From contig OZ024756.1 in NCBI GenBank assembly GCA_964016885.1, forward strand, positions 17,298,001 to 17,362,000: a stretch of 64,000 nt of DNA, read 5' to 3'. Numbering within the stretch: position 1 is the stretch's first letter; each line of letters begins with the position of its first letter. Position numbers and translations under genes: made by a program. Below the pieces are notes generated by a model. That model searched no databases. It had not been told where the DNA came from and saw only the letters and a list, made by a program, of their open reading frames with translations. Shown one piece after another: positions 24,184 to 37,626 of the stretch. This stretch comes from Eledone cirrhosa. Its lineage: Eukaryota.

Positions 24184-24246
24184 TAACACCTGATGATGTC
24201 ACCGGGTTCCTGCAGAACCCGGTCATTGAAATGTGTATAGGGTTTA
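24184..24246 (+). ncRNA. Type I hammerhead ribozyme in a TA-flanked island (24068-24300)
   Basis: CTGATGA (24190), stem II accgggttc/gaacccggt, GAAA tgtgt ATA, imperfect stem I, AATAAA at ~24248. Confidence 0.7.
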
Positions 24247-24295
24247 TAATAAACATTTAAGGAATTTCACCAGTCCAGCCTCCTGTCATTTTACT

Positions 24296-24368
<73 letters not shown>

Positions 24369-24573
24369 AGCAAACAGGTGGAGTACTTGGCTTTGATAAG
24401 TACCAATCAGTACGAAACAGAGCTCTCTCAGCTTTATCTCCCCTGTTTGCTGAAAATTTAAAGTAAGTGAGACTGTCACTACTCTAAAACAATAGCGTAA
24501 GGTCTTCGAAATGATTTTAATTAAGCATACAGTGTATTGCAAAATACACTATATATACATTCATATATATATA

Positions 24574-24619
<46 letters not shown>

Positions 24620-24895
24620 GAGAGGTATAGAGATTGTTTTAGCAAGAAGCTAACGGCATTCTATAACATATATGCGACTATAACGTCAAGATGGGAAAAG
24701 TAGTTAACGAAAGATTTAGGAAAAATAACTCAAACTCATCTCAAAAGAGAATCAGGATATAAATTCATCCACAGAATTTAGTAAAATCCAGGGAAAATCT
24801 ATAGACCTTTAACTCATGATAAAATAAAGTTTGAAACACTTATCCTTCAATTTGGAATAACATCAAATGCTCTGTATAGTCTTAAAAGACTATTT

Positions 24896-24948
24896 CATGA
24901 AAACTTTCAGTGGAGATGGTCACGGTTGGAATTTCAATCATCAGCAGA
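24896..24948 (-). ncRNA. Degenerate hammerhead candidate
   Basis: CTGATGA-ttgaaat...atctccact-GAAA-gtt-TTC; stems partly decayed. Confidence 0.4.
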
Positions 24949-25277
24949 GCTCAACAGAAAACCAGGGCTCTCACAGTAATATAATCCGAAAAAGGGAATT
25001 CTAAAACTGGCTAGTTCGCCTTCATGTGTATTTATGAAAAAGCACATGAGGAAATATATATATATACACGTATGCATACTTACATTTATGTATCTGCTAT
25101 GCTAGAGCGAGAAATATATATATAATAGTAAACAACCGGGAGGCTATATCCGTAGGAAGTAGAGCACTCAGTCCAGCTCATATACACTTCCGTTCTCAAC
25201 ACAATCCCACTTGGGTTGAAAATGCGCAAGATGAAATGCGCGTCCTCGAGTATGATTTACTAATTTGTTGCGGAACT

Positions 25278-25396
<119 letters not shown>

Positions 25397-25535
25397 TCTC
25401 TCTCATATATATATATATATACACACATATGATGTTCTAGTCCTGTACAGGCTTTTTCTATATTAAATATTTATACTCTGCTTTGTATTGAGTGCCTTAC
25501 TTACTGTGGTTACCCTCAATTGAACCCGGGATAAA

Positions 25536-25595
<60 letters not shown>

Positions 25596-25599
<4 letters not shown>

Positions 25600-25729
25600 A
25601 ACGAGTGGGACCCCGACGGCTGAGCTCAAGCCGTTTCGACGGCTAATTCCTATTACCCACTCTACTACCCTAAGTATTGAGTACTTTGGTGCGTTATGGT
25701 CCACCTGGTTCCTTACCACATTTCCTTCG

Positions 25730-25735
<6 letters not shown>
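25596..25735. mobile_element. TA-flanked island, family H1 (inverted hammerhead 3' half plus tail)
   Basis: Homologous to 19096-19197, 45620-45690 and 47695-47890. Confidence 0.7.
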
Positions 25736-25817
<82 letters not shown>

Positions 25818-25942
25818 GGTGTGGGATGCTTAAAGCGTCCGTAAGCGGTAGGCCGTTTGAGTACTCGATGCTCTTACAGTGCAGAGTATGATATCACATA
25901 AGAAAGGAAGAATCAGTGTTGCGACGAATAAAATGTATTAGA

Positions 25943-26033
25943 CATATTACAATCGTTTCTCTGGCGACCGGCTCGAGGCACTATCGATGTAATGATCGAA
26001 CCTGACTCTGAAATCGCAAAGTCCTCAGATACG
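25943..26033 (-). ncRNA. Type I hammerhead ribozyme with extended stem II
   Basis: cgtat-CTGAGGA-ctttgcgat...gtcgccaga-GAAAC gatt GTA-atatg; stem I cgtat/atatg. Confidence 0.6.
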
Positions 26034-26262
26034 CCTCGATCCTACGAAGCAGAGTTTCCAAATTTGAAACTCTGCTTCTCTATATGATGTATATGATACT
26101 GACAACAGTTATATATCTACCTAAATGTTCTGAAGACTAGGATTTTAATCACCTGTTTAAACATGCTCCAATGATTTCAGACATCCCCCTGGAAGAAACA
26201 ATTGTCAGCAAATAAATGTATTAAACTAAGATTTTATTGTTTTAATATTTTGCATATATATA

Positions 26263-26293
<31 letters not shown>

Positions 26294-26312
26294 ATGTATG
26301 TATGTATGTATG

Positions 26313-26346
<34 letters not shown>

Positions 26347-26380
26347 TGTATGTATGTATGTATGTATGTATGTATATATG

Positions 26381-26979
26381 TCAGGTCACCAGTTGGTGCT
26401 ACTGGTAACATGTATCCCAGTACAACCTGTCTCATTGGCGACTAAACTGGCAACCCCACCAAGGTTTCTTGGTGAGGAGGATGACTTTGGACATCTTGCA
26501 GGACTAAAAACAAAACCTGCCAAAGGGCAAAGGAGCTCTTAAGAGTCAATGGCCATCCAAAATCACCGGGAGAGATGACCCCTTAGCCTGTGTCAAGGCA
26601 GAATTCTAGGAGAAGGAAAACTCTGATATAACACCTGCAACCCTGATGGTATCCAATGATGTTGACTTGTTCTTCTTTTTGGTAAATATCATCTTGGTTA
26701 AGAGAGTGGGACTGGCTTTGTGCAGTGCCTTTGCTCACTATAAAAGCTTCACGGCACAGGCATTGCTTTATATCTGGAGATCTCTCTGCACTTGTCGTCA
26801 CATGGTACCATGGGCCTAGTACTATGTGTCAATAATTGTCACAAGTGTAGTGTTTGTACCAGAGTTTTCAAGTCGCTGGCTGAACTAAAAAGTCACACTC
26901 GTTCAGCGCATCGGTAGGGGTTCTCCTACATGGATATAAAGTAGTGGCCGTACTCGAAAACGAGTTGGCAGCCACCATG
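26381..26979 (-). mobile_element. Second copy of family A element
   Basis: Reverse complement of 284-866; flanked by (TATG)n. Confidence 0.75.
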
Positions 26980-26996
26980 TATGTATATATATCCAT

Positions 26997-27432
26997 CTAG
27001 GGGTAAAATTCCCGAGATCCATGGACGAGTTCTCTCCTGCGGTGTCTGTCCCTCATCAACGCTGCCATGTCCTGCGTCTCCAAGTGACCGGTGTCTGTCT
27101 TTAGGGCATCAACATATGCCAACCTCGGTCTCCCACTTCTAGTATGTCCGTGCAGGGGCTCCCACAGCAGCACTGAGTGCAGTGTCAACTCTGGATATCG
27201 GTGAGCATGTCCAGCTAACCTCAGTCTCCTCTGTGCTACTTTCAAACTGACTTTTGGGAAGCTCCCGTACAGCTCTAAGTTCTTCATTCTCAATGTATAC
27301 TGATTAATGTTCAGAGCCATACACAGCATTTTCGTGTAGCACCCATCCACCATCTGAGTGAGTTTCTTGGTCAGTGTCCAAGTCTCAGACCCGTACAGTA
27401 GCCCAGACTACACTGTAGCAACGAAGAGACGA
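26997..27432 (-). mobile_element. RTE/RTEX-like LINE C-terminal fragment
   Basis: DGCYTKMLCMALNI, RRLRLAGHAHR, LLWEP and GRPRLAYVDAL. Confidence 0.8.
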
Positions 27433-27433
27433 A

Positions 27434-27584
<151 letters not shown>

Positions 27585-27743
27585 ACACACACACATATAT
27601 AATTCAAGTTTAAAAGATATATGTATATATATATAGAGAGAGAGACAGGACAGATGTCAATATTAATGGACCAGTTATTTTTATCTAAAGACATTTTTTC
27701 CAATTCCAACCCGTCCCTTCAATCTATCTTATTTCTCATTCTT

Positions 27744-27779
27744 TCTTCTGATGAAAGACTAGCGTCGGAAACGTTAAGA
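27744..27779 (+). ncRNA. Minimal type I hammerhead ribozyme
   Basis: tctt-CTGATGA-aa gac tagc gtc g-GAAAC-GTT-aaga; palindromic AACGTT replaces stem III. Confidence 0.65.
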
Positions 27780-27843
27780 TCCTCTTCCTGCTATTTCAAG
27801 CGTTAACCTAATATACTGTACCGATTGTGTTGTTATTTCTGTT

Positions 27844-27941
<98 letters not shown>

Positions 27942-28161
27942 GGCGATGAATTTGTTTGGCAAGGTTTTTTATATAAAATTGTGTGCTGAAACAAATATTG
28001 TTATATTTGGGGAGGGTCATATTGTTATAATATTGCCAGAAATAATAATAAAACACACTCACTGTTTGGTTTGGATTAGTTTTCGCTTCTGTGTATTTTA
28101 TATCTCTATAGTTAATTTAGCTGGCAATCAATGTTTATCGTTGATTGTCAAACGGTTAAAA

Positions 28162-28232
<71 letters not shown>

Positions 28233-28240
28233 ATATAGTC

Positions 28241-28284
28241 TATCAAAGTTCTTTCATCACACACCTGTGACATCATCAGTGGTA
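28241..28284 (-). ncRNA. Minimal hammerhead ribozyme candidate
   Basis: tacca-CTGATGA-t gtcac aggtgt gtgat-GAAAG aa CTT-tgata, next to (TA)n. Confidence 0.55.
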
Positions 28285-28596
28285 CTATTACCTTTGTCCC
28301 GTTGTATTGTAACGTCAATTAATAGACATTACAAATTGCTCACAATTCTTTTAGAACGAAAATATAAACACATATAACAAATACAATTAAGTATTACTAG
28401 GAAACTCACAAATACAACGCACCAAAATATATGATCACAGCGAGAGACAGAAAGAAAAAAAAAAGGGAAACAAAAACTAAAACGACCATCAATTCACCAC
28501 CAAGTACAACAATCGGCCGCACACCACAAGGACCAACAGAATATTTTAAAACAAATAAAGTCATGTATAATTTACATACCTATATAGATGTATTGT

Positions 28597-28722
28597 GAAG
28601 GCGTGTGGCTGAGTGGTTAGAGAATTGGATTCGCAATCGCAAGGTTGTGAGTTCGATTCCTGGACCAGGTGATGCGTTATGTCCTTGAGCAAGACACTTT
28701 ATTTCACGTTGCTCCTTCTACC
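28597..28722 (+). mobile_element. SINE S2 (tRNA head plus CORE-like domain)
   Basis: tggctgagtgg, gagttcgattcc and tgtccttgagcaagacactttatttcac. Confidence 0.75.
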
Positions 28723-28849
28723 TGGAGTTGCGACCGATAGATAGTATTAGCAATTGGAAAGACCAACGGAAACATTGTTCCCTCGGTCCGATTTGACGAA
28801 AGTCGATCGTTCCTTAAATATAGATGTATACATGTATAGACCCGCAACG

Positions 28850-29146
28850 ATAGAGTTGTAGGGGCGCCGTATTGGGCATTTTAAGCCGGTCAGAGCCCAT
28901 CCTTCTCCAGACCTGAGTACAGCAGATTTCTTTCAGAGCAAGATAGAAAGCGAGAGAGAGGAAATGAGAAAGAGATATAGAGGAAGAATTGACCCCAGTA
29001 ATTGACTGGTACATTTTTTATTGACCTCGAAAGGATGAAAGGCGAAGTTGCCCAACGGTGGGATTTGAACTCAGAGAGCAGAAAGCTGAAACGAATACCA
29101 TAAAACATTCTATCCGACGATCTAACGACTCTGCCAATTCGCCGTC
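28850..29146 (-). mobile_element. SINE S1-related subfamily with a longer 3' tail
   Basis: Homologous to 33615-33936. Confidence 0.75.
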
Positions 29147-29161
29147 TACATGCATATAGAT

Positions 29162-29353
29162 ATAATTGTTTCTATTTTAGGCACAAGGCCAGCAATTACC
29201 CAGTACATTACTGGTACTTTATTTTATCGACCCCATAAGGATGAAAGGCAAAGTTAACCTCGGCGGGATTTGAACTCAGATCATAAAGGGACGTAACTCT
29301 ATGCTTCAAAGCATGGTGTCCGACCCTCTACCGATACTGCCAATCCACCGCCC
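29162..29353 (-). mobile_element. SINE S1, full length
   Basis: Matches the other S1 copies. Confidence 0.85.
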
Positions 29354-29450
29354 TTATATATATATAATATAGATATATATAGATATATATAATATGTATG
29401 TATATGCAACGTATATATAACATATACATATATACATGCATATAGATATA

Positions 29451-29880
29451 CAGTTTCCGCCGGTATTCGCGGGCGCTACGTTCCTAGAGCACCCGCGAAT
29501 AGTGAAAACCCGCGAATGTTGGACATGGTCCATAAAAATGCCTATAAACATCAATATATAACGTAAAATATAATATAAAAAGAGGGAGCGTGTTATACGA
29601 AGGGACGTCCAATAGACCGGCAAATACGGTATACTATTAATAGTTTAAAATAAAGTCCCAGTAATGCACTGGGTAATTGCTGGACTTGTGCCAAAGTAGA
29701 AACAATTATTAATATTTTAGCGTTAACAATACATATATTGCCAAGAAAAAAATGTCATACAAAATTCGCGGAAGATATTTACGAATCCGCGAATTTGCGA
29801 TGGTTTCCACGAACAATTATTAGTTAGGTTCTAAGGAAAATTCCACGAATAACCGGGACCGCGAATCCGGGACTACACTG
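29451..29880. mobile_element. Tc1/mariner-superfamily (Tigger/pogo-like) MITE containing an S1 fragment (~29647-29708)
   Basis: TA|cagt...ccggtattcgcgg and ccgcgaatccgggactacactg|TA termini; internal ccgcgaat subrepeats. Confidence 0.7.
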
Positions 29881-30830
29881 TATATGAATGTATACGCAAC
29901 GTATATATAACATATACATATATACGTGTGTATATGCAACGTATATACATATATAGATGCATATAGATATGTATATGTATGTATATGCATCGTATATATA
30001 CATATATGCATGCATATAGATATATATGTATGTATATATATCATATACATATATACTCTAGAACACGCGCATACGTACACAAAAAAAGGTGAATGAGGTA
30101 AAGCTAACCACTGGTGCAGTCTTCTGATTGGTGGTCCGCTCCAGTCACGTGGCTTGCACTCTTACATTTAGATCTGCTTGGAAGCTGATCTGACTCTTGC
30201 CATTGGCCGGCGCCCTAAAACGCGCACGTGCATTTTATCTCGTCCGTTCTTTCCTCTTCTCTCTTCTCTCGCTCTCTAACGTTCTCTCTCTTTCGTCATC
30301 TCTCTCTTCCTATCTCTGGTGTATTTTCACTTTATTCCTCCGCTTTTTCTCTTCTCTCCATCCTATTTACTATCCCTTGTCTTTGCTTCTCTCTCTTTCT
30401 CTATATTCATATATGATATATATACCTTTCGTTTATACATTATGTATATATATATATCATATATGAATATATTTTATCTGTGTATGTGTGTGTGTGTGTG
30501 CATATGTGTGTATATATATCTGTGTTAAGTGTTTCCGTAGAAAAGGTGGATATATATATATATAAATATATATATAAATAAATAAATATATATATATATA
30601 TAAATATATATATAAATATATATAAATATATATATAAATAAATATATATAAATATATATAAATAAATTTATATATAAATAAATATATATATATAAATATA
30701 TATATATATAAATACACATATAAATATAGCTATTTAATTACATAATAAACAACACAATATAATTATTCCGTAACCAAAGGTTTCAAGAAAGTAGACTATT
30801 CTTACAGAAACGTCCGGTCCGTTCATGAAA

Positions 30831-30879
<49 letters not shown>

Positions 30880-30901
30880 ACAGACCCTCCATCTCAACTC
30901 A

Positions 30902-30939
30902 CCTTTTGAAAAGCAGAAGAACTGCGAAACCGGTAAAGG
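30902..30939 (+). ncRNA. Minimal hammerhead-like motif with TTGAAAA core
   Basis: cctt-TTGAAAA-gcag aagaa ctgc-GAAAC cg GTA-aagg, then AATAAA; palindromic ACCGGT. Confidence 0.6.
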
Positions 30940-31168
30940 AACCAAATAAATATATATATTTAAAAAAAAAATAAGACTTCAGTTGCATTTTCGATTTCAT
31001 CTTTTTTTCTTTATATATATATATATATATATTTATTAAAATAACAGTTAATTTGTTATTTTAATAAATATTTGCTCTACGGTTCTTATATATTTGATAT
31101 ATATTTATCCTTATCGAGCCCTCTTTGGATTTTAGTCTTCAATTTTATTATTATTACTATATATATAT

Positions 31169-31202
<34 letters not shown>

Positions 31203-31289
31203 GTTGTTTATTACATAATAATAATAATTAAGCTCTGTTGCTTACATAGAGCACTCTTTTTTCCCTGGACTTTTCCGATGGAATTACTT

Positions 31290-31349
<60 letters not shown>

Positions 31350-31407
31350 TATATATATATATGCAGAGGTTATATTTAATTTGTTGGGATTCAACAAGCT
31401 TAAAAAT

Positions 31408-31503
<96 letters not shown>

Positions 31504-31614
31504 TCAATCTTTCCTTGCAGGATTTACACATTCGTTAACTCTTTTCGTCCCTAGCACATTCTTATTTCTTCTCTCTATCTGTTTTCGGCTTCATTCTATT
31601 ATTTTAATTTTTAT

Positions 31615-31817
31615 TATCGGCAGAGCGTCGGACAACATGCTTAGCGGAATAGAGTTACGGCCTTTTACGTGCTGAGTTGAAATCCCGCCGAGGTTAACTA
31701 TGCCTTTCATCGTTAAGGGGTCGATAAAATAAAGTACCAGTAATGCACCGAGGTCGATTTAATCGAATTTCCCCGCCCCTTCAGATTGCTGGCCTTGTGC
31801 TTAATGTAGAAACCATT
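31615..31817 (+). mobile_element. SINE S1-like copy
   Basis: Matches the S1 central domain and tail. Confidence 0.75.
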
Positions 31818-32159
31818 ATTTTATTTTTTTTTTCATTTTGCCCGTTCTCCAGATCTGTATAATCACATACATACATATGCACACATATGCACACATGCAC
31901 ACGCACGTGTGTGTGTGTATGTGTGTGTGTGTGTGTATGTGTGTGTGTGTGTATGTGTGTGTGTGTTTGTATATATATATATATATATATATACACATAC
32001 ACAGCCATACACACACACACATGCGCACGCACGTGTGTGTGTGTATGTGTGTATGTGTGTATGTGTGTGTGTGTTTGTATATATATATATATACATATAT
32101 ACACATACACAGCCATACACACACACACACATGCGCACGCACGTGTGTTTGTGTATGTA

Positions 32160-32203
<44 letters not shown>

Positions 32204-32261
32204 CACAGCCATACACACACACATACACATGCGCACGCACGTGTGTGTGTGTATGTGTGTA

Positions 32262-32293
<32 letters not shown>

Positions 32294-32334
32294 CACACAT
32301 ACACAGCCATACACACACACATACACACACACAG

Positions 32335-33195
32335 CCTGCGTCCGCTGGCCATTGGTGCAGGAGGGAGTTCGTTGCTGTTAACTTCGTTCCGTGCTGTTGA
32401 CTCATCTGGGATCCTGGATAGCAGAATGTCAAGATGTTTCTTTAAAACATCCACGCCGGCACCATGCAGATCTCTCAAATTTCTTGGCAGCTTATTGAAG
32501 ATTTGAAGGCCTTTTGCAATATCTACTCCTTATTCTAGATGTGAAAGACGGGACCTTTGGCACCACACAGTGACTTCCCGTTCGGGGGTTGGTTCAGCTC
32601 GCAATGCCAAAGTTTGGTACTAATTCCTCCAGGATCTTCCATATGTATATCACTGCGTATCTCTCTCCCGTCTTCGTTCCAAGGAGTAGAGTTTTAGTTC
32701 TTTTAGTCTCTCCTAGTAGCTCAACTTCTTCATCGTGGCAATCCTCTTGGTGTAGCTTCGTTGGATTGCTTCAAACTCCATGGTTAGTTTGACACTATGG
32801 TGTGGCCACAGTTGGGAGCCAGTCGGCTTAGGACAAATATCCCCCATAGTACCAACATGGTCTCTTGGTCTCTTGCCTTGAAAGTCCTCAGGATCTAGCC
32901 AGCGAGTCGTCTGTATATTGTCACAATTTTCATGACGTGTGAATGAAACGATGCATCGTCGCCCATGTTTATACCCAGGTCTCGTATCATTTTCGACACG
33001 GGGATTTCGTTCCCTCCTGGTCCGGTGTAGCTTTGTCGTTCCTTGTGTTACCAGTTTGAAATATTCCAGCATTAAACTGCATGTTGTTGTCCTCAGCTGG
33101 GAGCAATAGTCCAGTCAACTTAGGACAAATGCCCTCCATAGTACCAACATGATCTCTCGGCCTTTTGTCCTGAAAGTCCTCAAGATCGAGCCATA
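32335..33195 (-). mobile_element. CR1/Jockey-group LINE 3' fragment, rearranged
   Basis: Minus strand gives DYCSQL, RYAVIYIWKILEELVPNFG and LPRNLRDLHGAGVDVLKKHLDILLSRIPDE; internal duplication ~32820-32900 / 33108-33192. Confidence 0.7.
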
Positions 33196-33424
33196 TATAA
33201 CTTCAGAACAATAGATGGTGTATATATAACATCAGAACTATTTAGCGTATATAAAACTCCCAGAACTATCACGGACGGTGTGTATATAACTTCAGCACTA
33301 TTACAGTAGGTATTTGTATATAACTTCAGACCTATAAATGATATATATATAAGTTCAAAACAACAGATGGTGTAAACATACCTTCAGAACTACAGATGGT
33401 AGATATAACATCAGAACCACAGAT

Positions 33425-33494
<70 letters not shown>

Positions 33495-33614
33495 ATAATT
33501 TTAGACGTACTACAGATGGTATATATAACTTCAGAAATGCTGATGTATATGTATATAACATCAGAACTACTACAGATGTTATATATGTAACATCGGAGCT
33601 ACTGGTGGTATCTC

Positions 33615-33936
33615 TTTCTCTGGTCCTGTAGGGACGCTGTAGTGACATACAGCGTTTCTTGGGCATTTTAAGCCCGGCAGGGCCCATCTCCTCTCCAGGC
33701 CTGAGTACAGCAGATTTCTTCCAGAGAAAGATAGAAAATGATAGAGAGGAAAATGAGAAAGAGATATAGAGCAAGAATCAACTCCAGTACAAGACTGGTA
33801 CCATTTTTTATCAACCTTGGAAGGATGAAAGACGAAGTTGACCTCGGTGGTATTTGAACTGAGAGAGCAGAGAGCCGAAACGAATACCAGAAAGCATTCT
33901 ATCCGACGTTCTAACGACTCTGCCAATTCGCCGCCT
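33615..33936 (-). mobile_element. SINE S1-related subfamily with a longer tail
   Basis: Homologous to 28850-29146. Confidence 0.75.
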
Positions 33937-34240
33937 TCTGATGGTATACAGAGCCTAAAAAAAAAGAGAACTTTCTTCTTTCGTCCTTTCTCTCTCTCCC
34001 CTACTCTTCCCTTCTCTTTCTTGCTGCTTCTTTTCTTCTCTTCCCCCCTTCTCCTACCCGTCCCTGTTGCTTGCTACCACTTCCGTAACGCCAGGGTTTG
34101 CCCTTTCGAGTGGCGACTTGGTGTCGAGCGGACGCATATAACTTCTCTCTCTCTCTCTCTCTCTCTCTCCGATCTATCTGTCTGTCGATCTAATTTGTTC
34201 GTTGGTGTATCACGCATACATCAGACCAGCAAAAATATTT

Positions 34241-34333
34241 ATTTTCTGTTATACGAGCCGGCAATTTTTTGTAGTCCTCTCAAGTTAAATTGTGCGAAAC
34301 TACAGCCGGTCTGAGAGCCGATGTAGTCAAATG
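34241..34333 (+). ncRNA. Hammerhead-like motif with full stem III and an interrupted core
   Basis: atttt-CTG(ttat)ACGA-gc..gcaattt...aaattgtgc-GAAA-ctaca[17 nt]tgta-GTC-aaat. Confidence 0.45.
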
Positions 34334-34492
34334 ATGTTTGTGTAATCTTGTCTCGTTCATTTTCTTCCTTTGCCAACAAATTTCTTGTCGTTAATTTCTG
34401 TTCTTTGGAGTAATTTTACGAGATTCCATAATTGACGGCATTTTGGTGTTTTAACAACTATTCTTGCGTTGAATTTTTCTCATTATTCCATG

Positions 34493-34523
<31 letters not shown>

Positions 34524-34625
34524 CTTCAGAACTACTACAAATGTTCTATATATAAATTCGGAACTACAGATGATATATTTATAATTTCAGAACAACACAT
34601 GGTATACACTCATACACACGCGCGC

Positions 34626-34764
<139 letters not shown>

Positions 34765-34840
34765 GTATAGTATAGTTTACAGTACAGTGGTGAGGTATCT
34801 TATACCACGTAGTATAGGCTACAGTATTATATGTTATACC

Positions 34841-36263
34841 CAGAAATGTAACAAGGGAAAATAGTGCCTATGACAAACATTGAAATTGCGCCCCTGCCCA
34901 TGCAGCAAGCTATATAGTAGTTGTTAGACAATGGGATTGACAGTGCAGTTTAAATAAATGAGGGTTTAGGGTATTAAACTGCATTTTCATTTGTTCTATA
35001 GGTATCCTTTACACCTAAGTATATATAAAGTATTGACAAAAGTGTTAGTGTATTTAAAGGGAGTGATCTGTGTAATACTGATCTGTGACAAATATTAAAG
35101 GGAGTGATCTGTGTAATACTGATCTGTGACAAATATTAAAAGGAGTGATCTGTGTAATACTGATCTGTGACAAATATTAAAGGGAGAGATCTGTGTAATA
35201 CTGATCTGTGACAAATATTAAAGGGAGAGATCTGTGTAATACTGATCTGTGACATATATTAAAGGAAGTGATCTATGTAATACTGATCTGTGATAAATAT
35301 TAAAGGGAGAGATCTGTGTAATACTGATCTGTGACAAATATTAAAGGGAGAGATCTGTGTAATACTGATCTGTGACAAATATTAAAGGGAGAGATCTGTG
35401 CAATACTGATCTGTGACAAATATTAAAGGGAGAGATCTGTGTAATACTGATCTGTGACAAATATTAAAGGGAGTGATCTGTGTAATACTGATCTGTGACA
35501 AATATTAAAGGGAGTGATCTGTGTAATACTGATCTGTGACATATATTAAAGGGAGGGATCTGTGTAATACTGATCTGTGACAAATATTAAAGGGAGTGAT
35601 CTGTGTAATACTGATCTGTGACAAATATTAAAGGGAGAGATCTGTGTAATACTGATCTGTGACATATATTAAAGGGAGGGATCTGTGTAATACTGATCTG
35701 TGACAAATATTAAAGGGAGTGATCTATGTAATACTGATCTGTGACAAATATTAAAGGGAGAGATCTGTGTAATACTGATGTGACAAATATTAAAGGGAGA
35801 GATCTGTGTAATACTGATCTGTGACAAATATTAAAGGGAGAGATCTGTGTAATACTGATGTGACAAATATTAAAGGGAATGATCTGTGTAATACTGATCT
35901 GTGACAAATATTAAAGGGAATGATCTGTGTAATACTGATCTGTGACAAATATTAAAACCCTATTAAAATATTTGACAAGTTATACTATGAGGTGTGCCTC
36001 TGGGATCATGTAGTTCCCAGCACTGTATTTTTACCTATGGAAGCCTAATAATCTATATAAATGGTTTAATGATCCAGCCACCATAGTGTTTCTCACCCAT
36101 GATAATCAAAGACAGATCAATACATCTGAAGAAGTTTCTTTTTTCACTCTGTGGTGATAGCTTATCTGACTTTAATAGAAAGTGCTCCTAGTCCAGGTAG
36201 CGCCCCCTTTCAAGTGGCACCCATGACAGGTGCCATGCTCGCCATACACTAGATATGCCTCTG
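34841..36263. mobile_element. hAT-type non-autonomous DNA transposon with 8-bp TSD
   Basis: gttatacc|cagaaatgta ... tagatatgcctctg|gttatacc; decayed TIR; interrupts the 40-bp minisatellite. Confidence 0.7.
35054..35957. repeat. 41-bp minisatellite (~22 units) inside the hAT element
   Basis: Unit ttaaagggagagatctgtgtaatactgatctgtgacaaata. Confidence 0.95.
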
Positions 36264-37503
36264 GTTATACCACATAGCATAGGTTACAGTACAGTAGTGT
36301 GATGTGTTATACCACACAGTATAGGTTACAGTACAGTAGTGTGATGTGTTATACCACAGTATAGGTTACAGTACAGTAGTGTAATGCGTTATACCGCAGT
36401 ATAGGTTACAGTACAGAAGTGTGATGCGTTATACCATAGTATAGGTTACAGTACGTAGTGTAATGTGTTATAACACACAATATAGGTTACAGTACAGTAG
36501 TGTGATGTGTTATACCGCAGTATAGGTTACAGTATAGTAGTGTGATGTGTTATACCACAGTATAGGTTACAGTATAGTAGTGTGATGTGTTATACCACAG
36601 TATAGGTTACAGTATGGTAGTGTGATGTGTTATACCACAGTATAGGTTACAGTACAGTAGTGTGATGTGTTATACCATAGTATAGGTTACAGTATGGTAA
36701 TGTAATGTGTTACACCACAGTATAGGTTACAGTACAGTAGTGTAATGTGTTATACCATAGTATAGGTTACAGTATATTAGTGTAATGTGTTATACCACAG
36801 TATAGGTTACAGTACAGTAGTGTGATGTATTATACCATAGTATAGGTTACAGTATGGTAGTGTAATGTGTTACACCACAGTATAGGTTACAGTACAGTAG
36901 TGTAATGTGTTATACCATAGTATAAGTTACAGTATAGTAGTGTAATGTGTTACACCAGTACAGTATAGGTTACAGTACAGTAGTGTAATGTGTTATACCA
37001 CAGTATAGGGTACAGTACAGTAGTGTGAAGTGTTATACCAGTACAGTATAGGTTACAGTACAGTAGTGTGATGTGTTATACCAGTACAGTATAGGTTACA
37101 GTACAGTAGTGTGATGTGTTATACCAGTACAGTATAGGTTACAGTACAGTAGTGTGATGTGTTATAACACACAATATAGGTTACAGTACAGTAGTGTGAT
37201 GTGTTATACCAGTACAGTATAGGTTACAGTACAGTAGTGTGATGTGTTATACCAGTACAGTATAGGTTACAGTACAGTAGTGTGATGTGTTATACCAGTA
37301 CAGTATAGGTTACAGTACAGTAGTGTGATGTGTTATACCAGTACAGTATAGGTTACAGTACAGTAGTGTGATGTGTTATAACACACAATATAGGTTACAG
37401 TACAGTAGTGTGATGTGTTATACCAGTACAGTATAGGTTACAGTACAGTAGTGTGATGTGTTATACCAGTACAGTATAGGTTACAGTACAGTAGTGTGAT
37501 GTG
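36264..37503. repeat. 40-43-bp minisatellite (first units at 34770-34840)
   Basis: Unit tataggttacagtacagtagtgtgatgtgttataccacag and variants. Confidence 0.95.
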
Positions 37504-37626
37504 TGTGTGTGTTAGGTAATTCCAAAGAAAAAGCAAAGGAGTAAAGAGTGCTCTATGTATAGAACAGAGCTATTTAATTAGAAAGTGAACAACAGAATAT
37601 ATAACTACTCCATTACTAAAGGTTTC

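Noticed and set aside
26046-26170. Hairpin gaagcagagtttc/gaaactctgcttc as a terminator, and CTGAAGA at ~26129 as a hammerhead
   Set aside because: No U-tract and eukaryotic context; the second motif lacks GAAA and a good stem I.
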